The position numbers and the translations under genes are program-made. Shown here in pieces: positions 25,288 through 32,000 of a DNA stretch of 32,000 nt. The stretch covers positions 5,220,001 to 5,252,000 of the forward strand of contig NZ_LN831024.1 of assembly GCF_001457615.1 (NCBI RefSeq). Direction: 5' to 3'. Source of the stretch: Pseudomonas aeruginosa. Lineage in GTDB: Bacteria; Pseudomonadota; Gammaproteobacteria; Pseudomonadales; Pseudomonadaceae. Within the stretch, counting starts at the first letter, position 1, and the number at the start of each line of letters is the position of its first letter. A model generated the notes under the pieces. The model saw nothing but the letters and a program-made list of their open reading frames with translations. It ran no database searches and was not told where the DNA came from.

Positions 25288-25875
25288 TCATTGCTGGCCG
25301 AGGGTCTGAGCGATGGTCGGGTCCTTGAACACGCGGGTCAGGGCGTCGCTGAGCACCTCGCTGACCAGCTTGCTGTTGGTCGCCTGGTTCGGCGCCATGC
25401 CGAAGCGCTGGTTCAGCGAGGCGCCATAGCGACCGGTGTAGCGCCGGCTGCTGTTCTGCACGTCGGCGCGGAAGGTCGCGGTGATGTCGGCCTGGGTGAC
25501 GTAGACGCCGTCCTTCGGCGACTGGTACTTCAGCTCGGCCAGGGTCAGGGTCAGTTGCGGCGCGTTGTAGGCGTTGGCCGAAGGCGTGTAGCCGAGCAGG
25601 CGCACGGCCGTCTCGGCCTGGGCCTGGAGCTTGGGCACCACGTCCTCGCTACGGACGGTCAGGGTGCTGGTATCGGCGTAGAGGCCGCCGCGAGTGCCCA
25701 GGGACGGGCCGGGACGGCCATCGACCACCTTGACCACCACCGGCTGGCCATGGCCGACTGCGGTCAACGGTCCTTTAAGGACCGGTTGCGGGTCCAGTTG
25801 TTGCGGGCTCAGGGCGCAGCCGCCGAGAACCAGGGCGCTTGCGGTCATCAGGCTGAGCAACAGGCGATGCAGCAT
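25288..25875 (-). CDS. YajG-family outer-membrane-type lipoprotein
   Basis: I prefer the ATG at 25875 (GGAGAG 6 nt upstream), giving 195 aa. Lipobox MLHRLLLSLMTASALVLGGC. The C-terminal half (LTLTLAELKYQ...ADITATFRADVQN...SKLVSEVLSDALTRVFKD) is collinear with my recollection of E. coli YajG. Confidence 0.7.
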   Translation of the reverse strand: MLHRLLLSLMTASALVLGGCALSPQQLDPQPVLKGPLTAVGHGQPVVVKVVDGRPGPSLGTRGGLYADTSTLTVRSEDVVPKLQAQAETAVRLLGYTPSANAYNAPQLTLTLAELKYQSPKDGVYVTQADITATFRADVQNSSRRYTGRYGASLNQRFGMAPNQATNSKLVSEVLSDALTRVFKDPTIAQTLGQQ

Positions 25876-26125
25876 GCTCATCTCTCCATGGGTTGGGCAC
25901 GAATGGCCGGCAGTATAACGGCGCCGCGAAAGCACCGCAGCATTGCCTTGGACGTTCGCCACGGGGCGCGGTTCCTCGCCTGTGGCAGGTGGCGCAGGGC
26001 ACGCATGCCCGGCGTTTGGCAGATACGGCGCGGCGGATTGTCCCAGGGGGCTTTCGCCGGCGGGCACTTCGTGACCGGGAATGGGAAAAAAGTCTAAGGA
26101 GCGGGGTATTTTTTGATTTTCACCG

Positions 26126-26148
26126 TTATAATCGCCCCCCGATTATAA
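26126..26148. repeat. Perfect 9-bp-arm palindrome TTATAATCG-CCCCC-CGATTATAA (operator or overlapping divergent -10 elements)
   Basis: Arms at 26126-26134 and 26140-26148. TATAAT reads on the + strand at 26127-26132 and on the - strand at 26147-26142. A T-rich tract (26108-26120) lies immediately upstream. Confidence 0.8.
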
Positions 26149-26716
26149 GGACGCCTCCTGATCGGGTTCCGGCCCCCGCGCCATCCCCCCACAGAGAGCC
26201 GCCAGTAGAGCGCTGCCCCATGAGGCAGACGCCCTGAAACGCCTGTAGCGAGTTTTTCGGCAAGGAATGCCGCATGACCCCGCACGATTCTGCGAAGGCA
26301 TGCCCGCGACAGACGAGCCCTTCCGGCCCATGTCTCCAAAAGAGCGTGGATCGAAGGTATTTCACTACTTCACGAGAGTGTGGCGAGCAATGAAGAGTTT
26401 TGCGTCGGTAAGTGCGCCATTAGCGCTTGAAACAGCCCCCCGCAGACGCGACCGCAGCGGATACCTCATGACCAGAGCCTGACGGCCCGTTCCGTCGCGA
26501 ATGTGCTTGCACGACCGGATGCCCGCATGGGCCAGCCAGGCTGCCAGATCGCCAGCCCCGCGCCCGGCATCCATAGGCGATGACGCCCGGCGTCCCGCCG
26601 TTGTTGCGAAGAATCGGACATGACGGCTCCCTCCGCCGCTGCCTGCCGGCCCGTACCGGCCTCGGCCCCGCCCCGTCTGTCGTCAATTTGGTGCTGAAGA
26701 TTTTGGAGAAGCGTTA

Positions 26717-28240
26717 ATGGCGCAAAACGATCACGAAACAGTCGACATGCTGCTGGTAGGCGCCGGCATCATGAGCGCGACCCTGGCGGTCCTGCTCAAG
26801 GAACTCGACCCCAACCTGAAGATGGAAGTCGTCGAACTCCAGGAGTCCGGCGCGATCGAAAGCTCCAACCCGTGGAACAACGCGGGCACCGGCCACGCCG
26901 GCCTGTGCGAGCTGAACTACACCCCGCAGTCGGCCGACGGCAGCATCGACATCAAGAAAGCCGTGGGCATCAACACCATGTTCGAGGTGTCGAAGCAGTT
27001 CTGGTCGCACCTGGTCGCCAAGGGCACCTTCGGCTCGCCGAAGACCTTCATCAACCCGGTACCGCACCTGAGCTTCGTGCGCGGCAGCGAAGGCATCGCC
27101 TACCTGAAGAAGCGCTTCGAATCGCTGACGAAGCACCATGCTTTCGAGACCATGGTCTACTCCGAGGACAAGACCACCCTCGCCGAGTGGATGCCGCTGA
27201 TGATGCCGGGTCGTCCGGCCGACGAAGCGATCGCCGCGACCCGCGTCGAGGGCGGTACCGACGTCAACTTCGGCGCCCTGACCAACCAGCTCCTGCAACA
27301 CCTGGCGCAACAGCCGGGCGCGCAGATCCGCTACAACCAGAAGGTCACCCACCTGCGCCGCGCCGATAACGGCTGGCGGGTCACCGTCAAGGACACCCGC
27401 AACGGCGGCGACCGCGAGATCCAGGCACGCTTCGTCTTCCTCGGCGCCGGCGGCGGCGCCCTGCCGCTCCTGCAACTTTCCGGCATCCCGGAAGGCAAGG
27501 GCTTCGGTGGTTTCCCGGTGAGCGGCCAGTGGCTGCGCTGCGACAACCCGGAAATCGTCAAGCAGCACCAGGCCAAGGTCTACAGCCAGGCCGAGGTCGG
27601 CTCGCCGCCGATGTCCGTGCCGCACCTGGACACCCGTGTGGTGGACGGCAAGAAATCCCTGCTGTTCGGCCCCTATGCCGGTTTCTCCACCAAGTTCCTG
27701 CGCCATGGCTCGTTCCTCGACCTGCCGCTGTCGGTACGCCCGGGCAACATCCTGCCGATGCTCTCGGTGGCCCGCGACAACATGGACCTGACCCGCTACC
27801 TGATCGGCCAGGTCATGCAGTCGCCGGAACAGCGCCTGGAAGCCCTGCGCAAGTTCTACCCCGAAGCCAGGGCCGAGGACTGGCGCCTGGAAGTCGCCGG
27901 CCAGCGCGTGCAGATCATCAAGAAGGATCCGAAGAAAGGCGGCATCCTGCAGTTCGGCACCGAGCTGGTGGCCGCCCACGACGGCTCCATCGCCGCCCTG
28001 CTGGGCGCCTCGCCGGGCGCCTCGGTGACCGTCTCGATCATGCTCGGCCTGATCGAGCGCTGCTTCCCGGAGCAGGCCCGCTCGCCGGAGTGGAGCGCCA
28101 AGCTGAAGGAAATCTTCCCGGCTCGCGAGAAAGAGCTGGAAAGCGACGCCGAGCTGTACCGCAGCGTCAGCAGCCGTTGCAGCGAGGTGCTGGAACTGAC
28201 CGCGAAGAACGACGTGCAGGCCCCGGTCAACGCCGAGTGA
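26717..28240 (+). CDS. mqo: Malate:quinone oxidoreductase (FAD-dependent)
   Basis: 507 aa. N-terminal FAD fold [24 protein letters not shown]. Family blocks [17 protein letters not shown] and [15 protein letters not shown] Shine-Dalgarno upstream. Position corresponds to remembered mqoB (PA4640). Confidence 0.9.
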   Translation: MAQNDHETVDMLLVGAGIMSATLAVLLKELDPNLKMEVVELQESGAIESSNPWNNAGTGHAGLCELNYTPQSADGSIDIKKAVGINTMFEVSKQFWSHLVAKGTFGSPKTFINPVPHLSFVRGSEGIAYLKKRFESLTKHHAFETMVYSEDKTTLAEWMPLMMPGRPADEAIAATRVEGGTDVNFGALTNQLLQHLAQQPGAQIRYNQKVTHLRRADNGWRVTVKDTRNGGDREIQARFVFLGAGGGALPLLQLSGIPEGKGFGGFPVSGQWLRCDNPEIVKQHQAKVYSQAEVGSPPMSVPHLDTRVVDGKKSLLFGPYAGFSTKFLRHGSFLDLPLSVRPGNILPMLSVARDNMDLTRYLIGQVMQSPEQRLEALRKFYPEARAEDWRLEVAGQRVQIIKKDPKKGGILQFGTELVAAHDGSIAALLGASPGASVTVSIMLGLIERCFPEQARSPEWSAKLKEIFPAREKELESDAELYRSVSSRCSEVLELTAKNDVQAPVNAE

Positions 28241-28254
28241 GCCGCGCTACGGAA

Positions 28255-28280
28255 CAAGCCGCCTTCGGGCGGCTTTTTCA
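28255..28280 (+). terminator. Rho-independent terminator of mqo
   Basis: AGCCGCC (28257-28263) / TTCG / GGCGGCT (28268-28274), followed by TTTTT. Confidence 0.8.
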
Positions 28281-28289
28281 TTTGTGGAG

Positions 28290-28703
28290 TCAGGCGCCGG
28301 CCTCGCAATTGATCATCCAGGACACCCCGAAACGGTCCACCAGGGTACCGAAACAGGGCGACCAGAAGGTCTTGCCCAACTCCAGCTCGACCCGCCCGCC
28401 GTCCTCCAGCAAGGCGTCATAGCAGCGCCGCGCCTGCTGCGGGTCGCGGGTATTCAGTGAAAGGGAAATCCCGGAGATCGGCTGCAACGCCGGCCCGTGC
28501 CCGTCCGAGGCCATGATCTGGCTGTCGCCGATCTGCAGGTTGGCGTGCATCACCTTGTCGCACCAGCCTTCGGGCACCACCACCGGACCGGGCGCCTCGT
28601 CGAAACGGAACAGGAAACTCACCCTGGCACCGATGGCGTGTTCATAGAAACGCAGGGCCTCTTCGCAACGGCCGTTGAAGCAGACGTAGGGCTGGACGTA
28701 CAT
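28290..28703 (-). CDS. VOC-superfamily (glyoxalase/bleomycin-resistance fold, PhnB-like) protein
   Basis: 137 aa. MYVQPYVCFNGRCEEALRFYEHAIGA...VMHANLQIGDSQIMASD...FWSPCFGTLVDRFGVSWMIN is the typical PhnB/DUF-VOC pattern. GAGG Shine-Dalgarno upstream. Confidence 0.7.
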   Translation of the reverse strand: MYVQPYVCFNGRCEEALRFYEHAIGARVSFLFRFDEAPGPVVVPEGWCDKVMHANLQIGDSQIMASDGHGPALQPISGISLSLNTRDPQQARRCYDALLEDGGRVELELGKTFWSPCFGTLVDRFGVSWMINCEAGA

Positions 28704-28929
28704 GGGAACCTCAGCAGGCTGTTTTTCCTGTGAGTGTAGAAAAGCAGCAGCCGACAGGCAGCCTCTCGCAGAGCGAATAACGCAGTCCTGGCCATTCGCC
28801 CTTCCCCGCCGCCCTGGCGATCCGCGACCGCGGCGGGGCCCGCGCGGCGTCTATCGACCCTTGCCACCACCAGCCGCCATTCGGACGCTGGCGTTCTCCG
28901 ACGGGCGTGACTCGGCGGACCGCGCAACG

Positions 28930-28956
28930 AAAAAACCCGCCGAAGGGCGGGCTTTT
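28930..28956 (-). terminator. Rho-independent terminator (minus-strand sense) after the 96-aa gene
   Basis: The minus strand reads GCCCGCC-CTTC-GGCGGG followed by TTTTTT (complement of 28930-28935). It lies 16-40 nt beyond the stop at 28972. Confidence 0.7.
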
Positions 28957-28971
28957 CGCTGCATGGCCGGC

Positions 28972-29262
28972 TCAGGCGCCCTTGGCCGCCTGCAGCGCTT
29001 CGATGTAGGGCACGGCCTGGCGCTGGTCGGCGACCAGGGCGACGAAGTCGTTGCCCTTGGCGTCGCGCGCGTCGAGATCGTAGCCGGCCTCGCGGAAGAA
29101 GGTGAGGAAGCGCTCGAAGTCGTCGATGCGCAGACCGCGATAGGCCTTGATCAGCTTGTGCAGCGAGGGGGGGGTGTCGTCGGCCGGCTCGACGCCGAGG
29201 AACAGCTTGATCGACTCGTCACTGATCTCTTCGCCAATGATCTGTTTCTTGTCTTTGCGCAT
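28972..29262 (-). CDS. Hypothetical 96-aa cytoplasmic protein (PA4642-like position)
   Basis: ORF with high GC3, a purine-rich SD (GAGAGAAAG) and its own terminator. I recognised no family motif. Confidence 0.55.
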   Translation of the reverse strand: MRKDKKQIIGEEISDESIKLFLGVEPADDTPPSLHKLIKAYRGLRIDDFERFLTFFREAGYDLDARDAKGNDFVALVADQRQAVPYIEALQAAKGA

Positions 29263-29344
29263 CGCTTTCTCTCAACGGCTCTGGGGCCGGGCTCGCCCGG
29301 CGCGGGATAAGGCCAGGCAGTTTACTCCCGGCGCGCGGCGAGGC

Positions 29345-29830
29345 TCAACGCGCGCGTACCGCGCCGGTGTGCAGGTCCGCCCAGACATGGCCGTTGGGAT
29401 AGGCGAGGAACTGGCAATAGACCGTCTGGTTGCGCAGCAGGTCGAGCAACGCCGGGTACTGCGCCAACGGGTAGTTGAGCGTGAGGGTGCGGGTCCCGGC
29501 ATCGTAGACCGGCTTCTTCAGGCTCTTGCCTTCGCTGTCGAACTGGATCAGCACCTGGGCCAGGGTCGCGCCCTTGCTCAGCGGTTTGCCCTTCAGGCGC
29601 AGCAGGGTCGGCGTGGTGATCGGGATCGGCTGCTGGTTGGACTGCCGCTGGTTGCCCAGCACCACGCTGTACTCGGTGATCTGGATCAGTTGCTGCTGCT
29701 CCGGCGCCTCCTGGCGCAACTGGCCGTCGTCGGGCGGCAGGAAGCGCGCGTGCATCGGGGGATTCTCGGCGGCCAGGCCGGCCAGACTGACGAACAGGAG
29801 CAGGGAGCCGCACAGGCTACGGGCGAACAT
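29345..29830 (-). CDS. Hypothetical secreted protein (signal peptide, 161 aa)
   Basis: MFARSLCGSLLLFVSLAGLAA|ENP signal peptide. GGAGG lies 5-6 nt upstream of the ATG at 29830. Confidence 0.6.
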   Translation of the reverse strand: MFARSLCGSLLLFVSLAGLAAENPPMHARFLPPDDGQLRQEAPEQQQLIQITEYSVVLGNQRQSNQQPIPITTPTLLRLKGKPLSKGATLAQVLIQFDSEGKSLKKPVYDAGTRTLTLNYPLAQYPALLDLLRNQTVYCQFLAYPNGHVWADLHTGAVRAR

Positions 29831-29897
29831 CGGGACCTCCGGACAGGGCGAGCCGGCACTCTAGCATGGCTGCCGACCCGCCGCCGAAGCGAAGCGC

Positions 29898-30371
29898 TCA
29901 GGCGAACTGGGCGCGCATCCAGTCCCGGTAGGCCGGCGCATCGGCGCTGCCTTCGGCAGGCGCCCAACTGGCGAACTCGCCTTCGCCGAGCGGGCGGTAA
30001 GGCCCGGCCTTGCATTCGAACAGGATGCTGTCCGGCTCCAGCACCACCAGGGCATGGAACACCCCGGGCGGCAGGTCGACACCGGGGCAGTCCCCAGCGG
30101 CGCTCAACTCGCGCTTGTCGAGGAGTTCCCCGTCCTCGGCGAAGACCAGCAGGCCGAGACGGCCCTTGAGCACGATCAGCGCCTCGGCCTTGCCCGCATC
30201 CAGGTGCCGGTGCGGCGGGATGTAGGTATTCGGCTGGAGGCCCACCGCCATGCGATGGCAGGGCTCCTCCATGCGGTGGAAGTTGTGATGCTGGCGACCA
30301 CGCGGCGCGTTACCCGCCCCGCTCGCCAGTTCGGCGAACAATTGCTGGTCGAGGTAGCGCGGTCCGGCCAT
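29898..30371 (-). CDS. WbuC-family cupin-fold protein
   Basis: I prefer the ATG at 30371 (157 aa, MAGPRYLDQQLF..), 1 nt after the hpt stop. Cupin motif region HHNFHRMEEPCHRMAVGLQPNTYIPPHRH...EALIVLKGRLGLLVF..PGVFHALVVLEP. Confidence 0.65.
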   Translation of the reverse strand: MAGPRYLDQQLFAELASGAGNAPRGRQHHNFHRMEEPCHRMAVGLQPNTYIPPHRHLDAGKAEALIVLKGRLGLLVFAEDGELLDKRELSAAGDCPGVDLPPGVFHALVVLEPDSILFECKAGPYRPLGEGEFASWAPAEGSADAPAYRDWMRAQFA

Positions 30372-30372
30372 C

Positions 30373-30930
30373 TCAGAGCCCCTTGACCGCGAAGATGCCC
30401 GCGGCGTTGCGCCAGTAGCCCTTGTAGTCCATGCCGTAGCCGAACACGTAGCGGTCGGCGCAGTAGAGGCCGGTGAAGCTGGCCTTGAGGTCGGGCCGGG
30501 CCTTGCGCTCGTGTTCCTTGTCCACCAGTACGGCGGTGTGCACCGCGCGTGCGCCGGCATGCTTGCAGAAGTCGATGATCGCCGAGAGGGTGTGCCCTTC
30601 GTCGAGGATGTCGTCGATGATCAGCACGTCACGGTCGATGAAGGAGATTTCCGGCTTGGCCTTCCAGAACAGTTCGCCGCCGGAGGTCTCGTTGCGGTAA
30701 CGGGTCGCATGCAGGTAGGACAGTTCGAGGGGGAAGTCGAGCAGCGGGAGCAGCTTGCCGGAGAAGATCAGGCCGCCGTTCATCACGCAGAAGACCACCG
30801 GGTTGGTCTCGCCGAGATCGCGGTTGATCGCCTCGGCGACGCGACCGATGGCTGCCTCGACCTCGTCGTTGTTGAACAGGCAGTCGGCTTCCGCCATGAC
30901 TTGGCGGATGTGCGCGAGATCGACGGACAT
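30373..30930 (-). CDS. hpt: Purine (hypoxanthine/guanine/xanthine-type) phosphoribosyltransferase
   Basis: I prefer the ATG at 30930 (185 aa, MSVDLAHIRQV..) with GGGAGAAG upstream. PRPP-binding loop DVLIIDDILDEGHTL. C-terminal FGYGMDYKGYWRN. Confidence 0.8.
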   Translation of the reverse strand: MSVDLAHIRQVMAEADCLFNNDEVEAAIGRVAEAINRDLGETNPVVFCVMNGGLIFSGKLLPLLDFPLELSYLHATRYRNETSGGELFWKAKPEISFIDRDVLIIDDILDEGHTLSAIIDFCKHAGARAVHTAVLVDKEHERKARPDLKASFTGLYCADRYVFGYGMDYKGYWRNAAGIFAVKGL

Positions 30931-31097
30931 GGTGCTTCTCCCTGGCTGGGCTGAGAAAAAGTCGGCAAAGGTACTCATCCGGTCGCCATCGGGCAACCCC
31001 CGGCGGTCGAGTGCGAATCAGAATAATGGTCCAGACTGTGCGGAATGCATTACGCTAGCGCAATTTTTTTGCCCGCCCCCGTTGGAGACAGTCGCCC

Positions 31098-31736
31098 ATG
31101 CCCGTACATGAGATCCGCCACCCCCTCATCCGCCACAAACTGGGCCTGATGCGCCGTGCCGATATCAGCACCAAGAACTTCCGCGAACTGGCCCAGGAAG
31201 TCGGCGCCCTGCTGACCTACGAGGCGACCAAGGACCTGCCCCTGGAACAGTACGAAATCCCCGGATGGGCCGGCCCGGTGACGGTGGAGAAGATCTCCGG
31301 GAAGAAGATCACCGTGGTGCCGATCCTGCGCGCCGGCATCGGCATGCTCGACGGCGTGCTCAGCCTGATTCCCGGCGCCAAGGTCAGCGCGGTCGGCGTC
31401 GCCCGCAACGAAGAGACCCTGGAAGCACGCACCTACCTGGAAAAACTGGCGCCGGACATCGCCGAGCGCCGCTCGCTGATCATCGACCCGATGCTCGCCA
31501 CCGGTGGCTCGATGGTCGCCACCATCGACCTGCTGAAGAAGGCCGGCAGCAAGGAAATCCGCGCCATGGTGCTGGTCGCCGCCCCCGAGGGCATCGAGGC
31601 GGTACGCAAGGCCCACCCGGACGTGATCATCTATACCGCCTCGATCGACGAGAAGCTCGACGAGAACGGCTACATCATTCCGGGCCTGGGCGACGCCGGC
31701 GACAAGATCTTCGGTACCAAGCAGAAGGAAGCCTGA
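31098..31736 (+). CDS. upp: Uracil phosphoribosyltransferase
   Basis: 212 aa. [23 protein letters not shown] motif [12 protein letters not shown], and C-terminal [17 protein letters not shown]. Confidence 0.92.
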   Translation: MPVHEIRHPLIRHKLGLMRRADISTKNFRELAQEVGALLTYEATKDLPLEQYEIPGWAGPVTVEKISGKKITVVPILRAGIGMLDGVLSLIPGAKVSAVGVARNEETLEARTYLEKLAPDIAERRSLIIDPMLATGGSMVATIDLLKKAGSKEIRAMVLVAAPEGIEAVRKAHPDVIIYTASIDEKLDENGYIIPGLGDAGDKIFGTKQKEA

Positions 31737-31738
31737 AC

Positions 31739-32000
31739 ATGGGCGATGCCTTCCAGGAGCCGCTCTGGCGCCAGGTGCTGTCAGGCGCGCAGATGCTGTT
31801 CGTCGCCTTCGGCGCGCTGGTGCTGATGCCGCTGATCACCGGTCTGGATCCCAACGTCGCGCTGTTCACCGCCGGCCTCGGGACCCTGCTGTTCCAATTG
31901 GTGACCGGGCGCCAGGTACCGGTGTTCCTCGCCTCCAGCTTCGCCTTCATCACCCCGATCATCCTCGCCAAGGGCCAGTTCGGCCTGGCCGCGACCATGG
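31739..32000 (+). CDS. uraA: Uracil permease (NCS2 family), 5' fragment running off window end
   Basis: The ATG at 31739 lies 2 nt after the upp stop, with AAGGAAG upstream. My translation reads MGDAFQEPLWRQVLSGAQMLFVAFGALVLMPLITGLDPNVALFTAGLGTLLFQLVTGRQVPVFLASSFAFITPI, the NCS2 N-terminal signature. Confidence 0.8.
   Translation, partial: MGDAFQEPLWRQVLSGAQMLFVAFGALVLMPLITGLDPNVALFTAGLGTLLFQLVTGRQVPVFLASSFAFITPIILAKGQFGLAATM

Noticed and set aside
26274-26393. A 39-codon ORF (MTPHDSAKACPRQTSPSGPCLQKSVDRRYFTTSRECGEQ) with a well-spaced AAGGAA SD inside the long mqo upstream region
   Set aside because: Third-position GC is only ~55% by my count, where real P. aeruginosa genes typically show a much higher GC3. 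I see no recognisable motif. I keep it only as a remote small-protein candidate under the intergenic-region finding.

Overview
GC-rich (~65%) chromosome segment of Pseudomonas aeruginosa type. From memory, the gene order matches the PAO1 PA4621-PA4647 neighbourhood. About 30 genes are dense on both strands, and I found no tRNA/rRNA, IS element, integrase, prophage or CRISPR signature. The dominant feature is the c-di-GMP/FleQ-controlled two-partner secretion locus cdrAB: a TpsB transporter at 2635-4344(-) and a 2235-aa adhesin at 4404-11111(-). The adhesin body holds 15 tandem 80/81-aa (240/243-bp) repeats. The other genes are housekeeping or accessory core genes: MFS transporter, hprA, rsmC, lysP, a UPF0016/GDT1-family cation transporter, a SnoaL-like protein, an SDR epimerase, an M48 lipoprotein peptidase, a dCache chemoreceptor (PctD-like), an SRAP-like protein, mgtC, a small CPXCG/DUF2007 operon, an acyltransferase, a YajG-like lipoprotein, mqo, a VOC protein, a WbuC cupin, hpt, upp and the start of uraA. 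I do not see a convincing new multi-gene system such as a defence island or toxin cluster. What merits a second look: (1) a yybP-ykoY-type Mn2+ riboswitch that gene callers miss, upstream of the UPF0016 gene; (2) an SRAP/YedK homologue with its catalytic Cys2 and other catalytic residues substituted; (3) a DUF2007 ORF with no stop codon for 262 nt into the convergent mgtC; (4) the mosaic architecture of the cdrA repeat array, with FleQ-box and sigma54-like motifs in its AT-rich promoter; (5) a small secreted protein made of four GSExT-DRLH-DM repeats next to cdrB; (6) an unexplained 840-bp intergenic region upstream of mqo with a perfect palindrome that carries TATAAT on both strands. Family assignments rest on motifs read from the translations and on remembered synteny. 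No database search was run.
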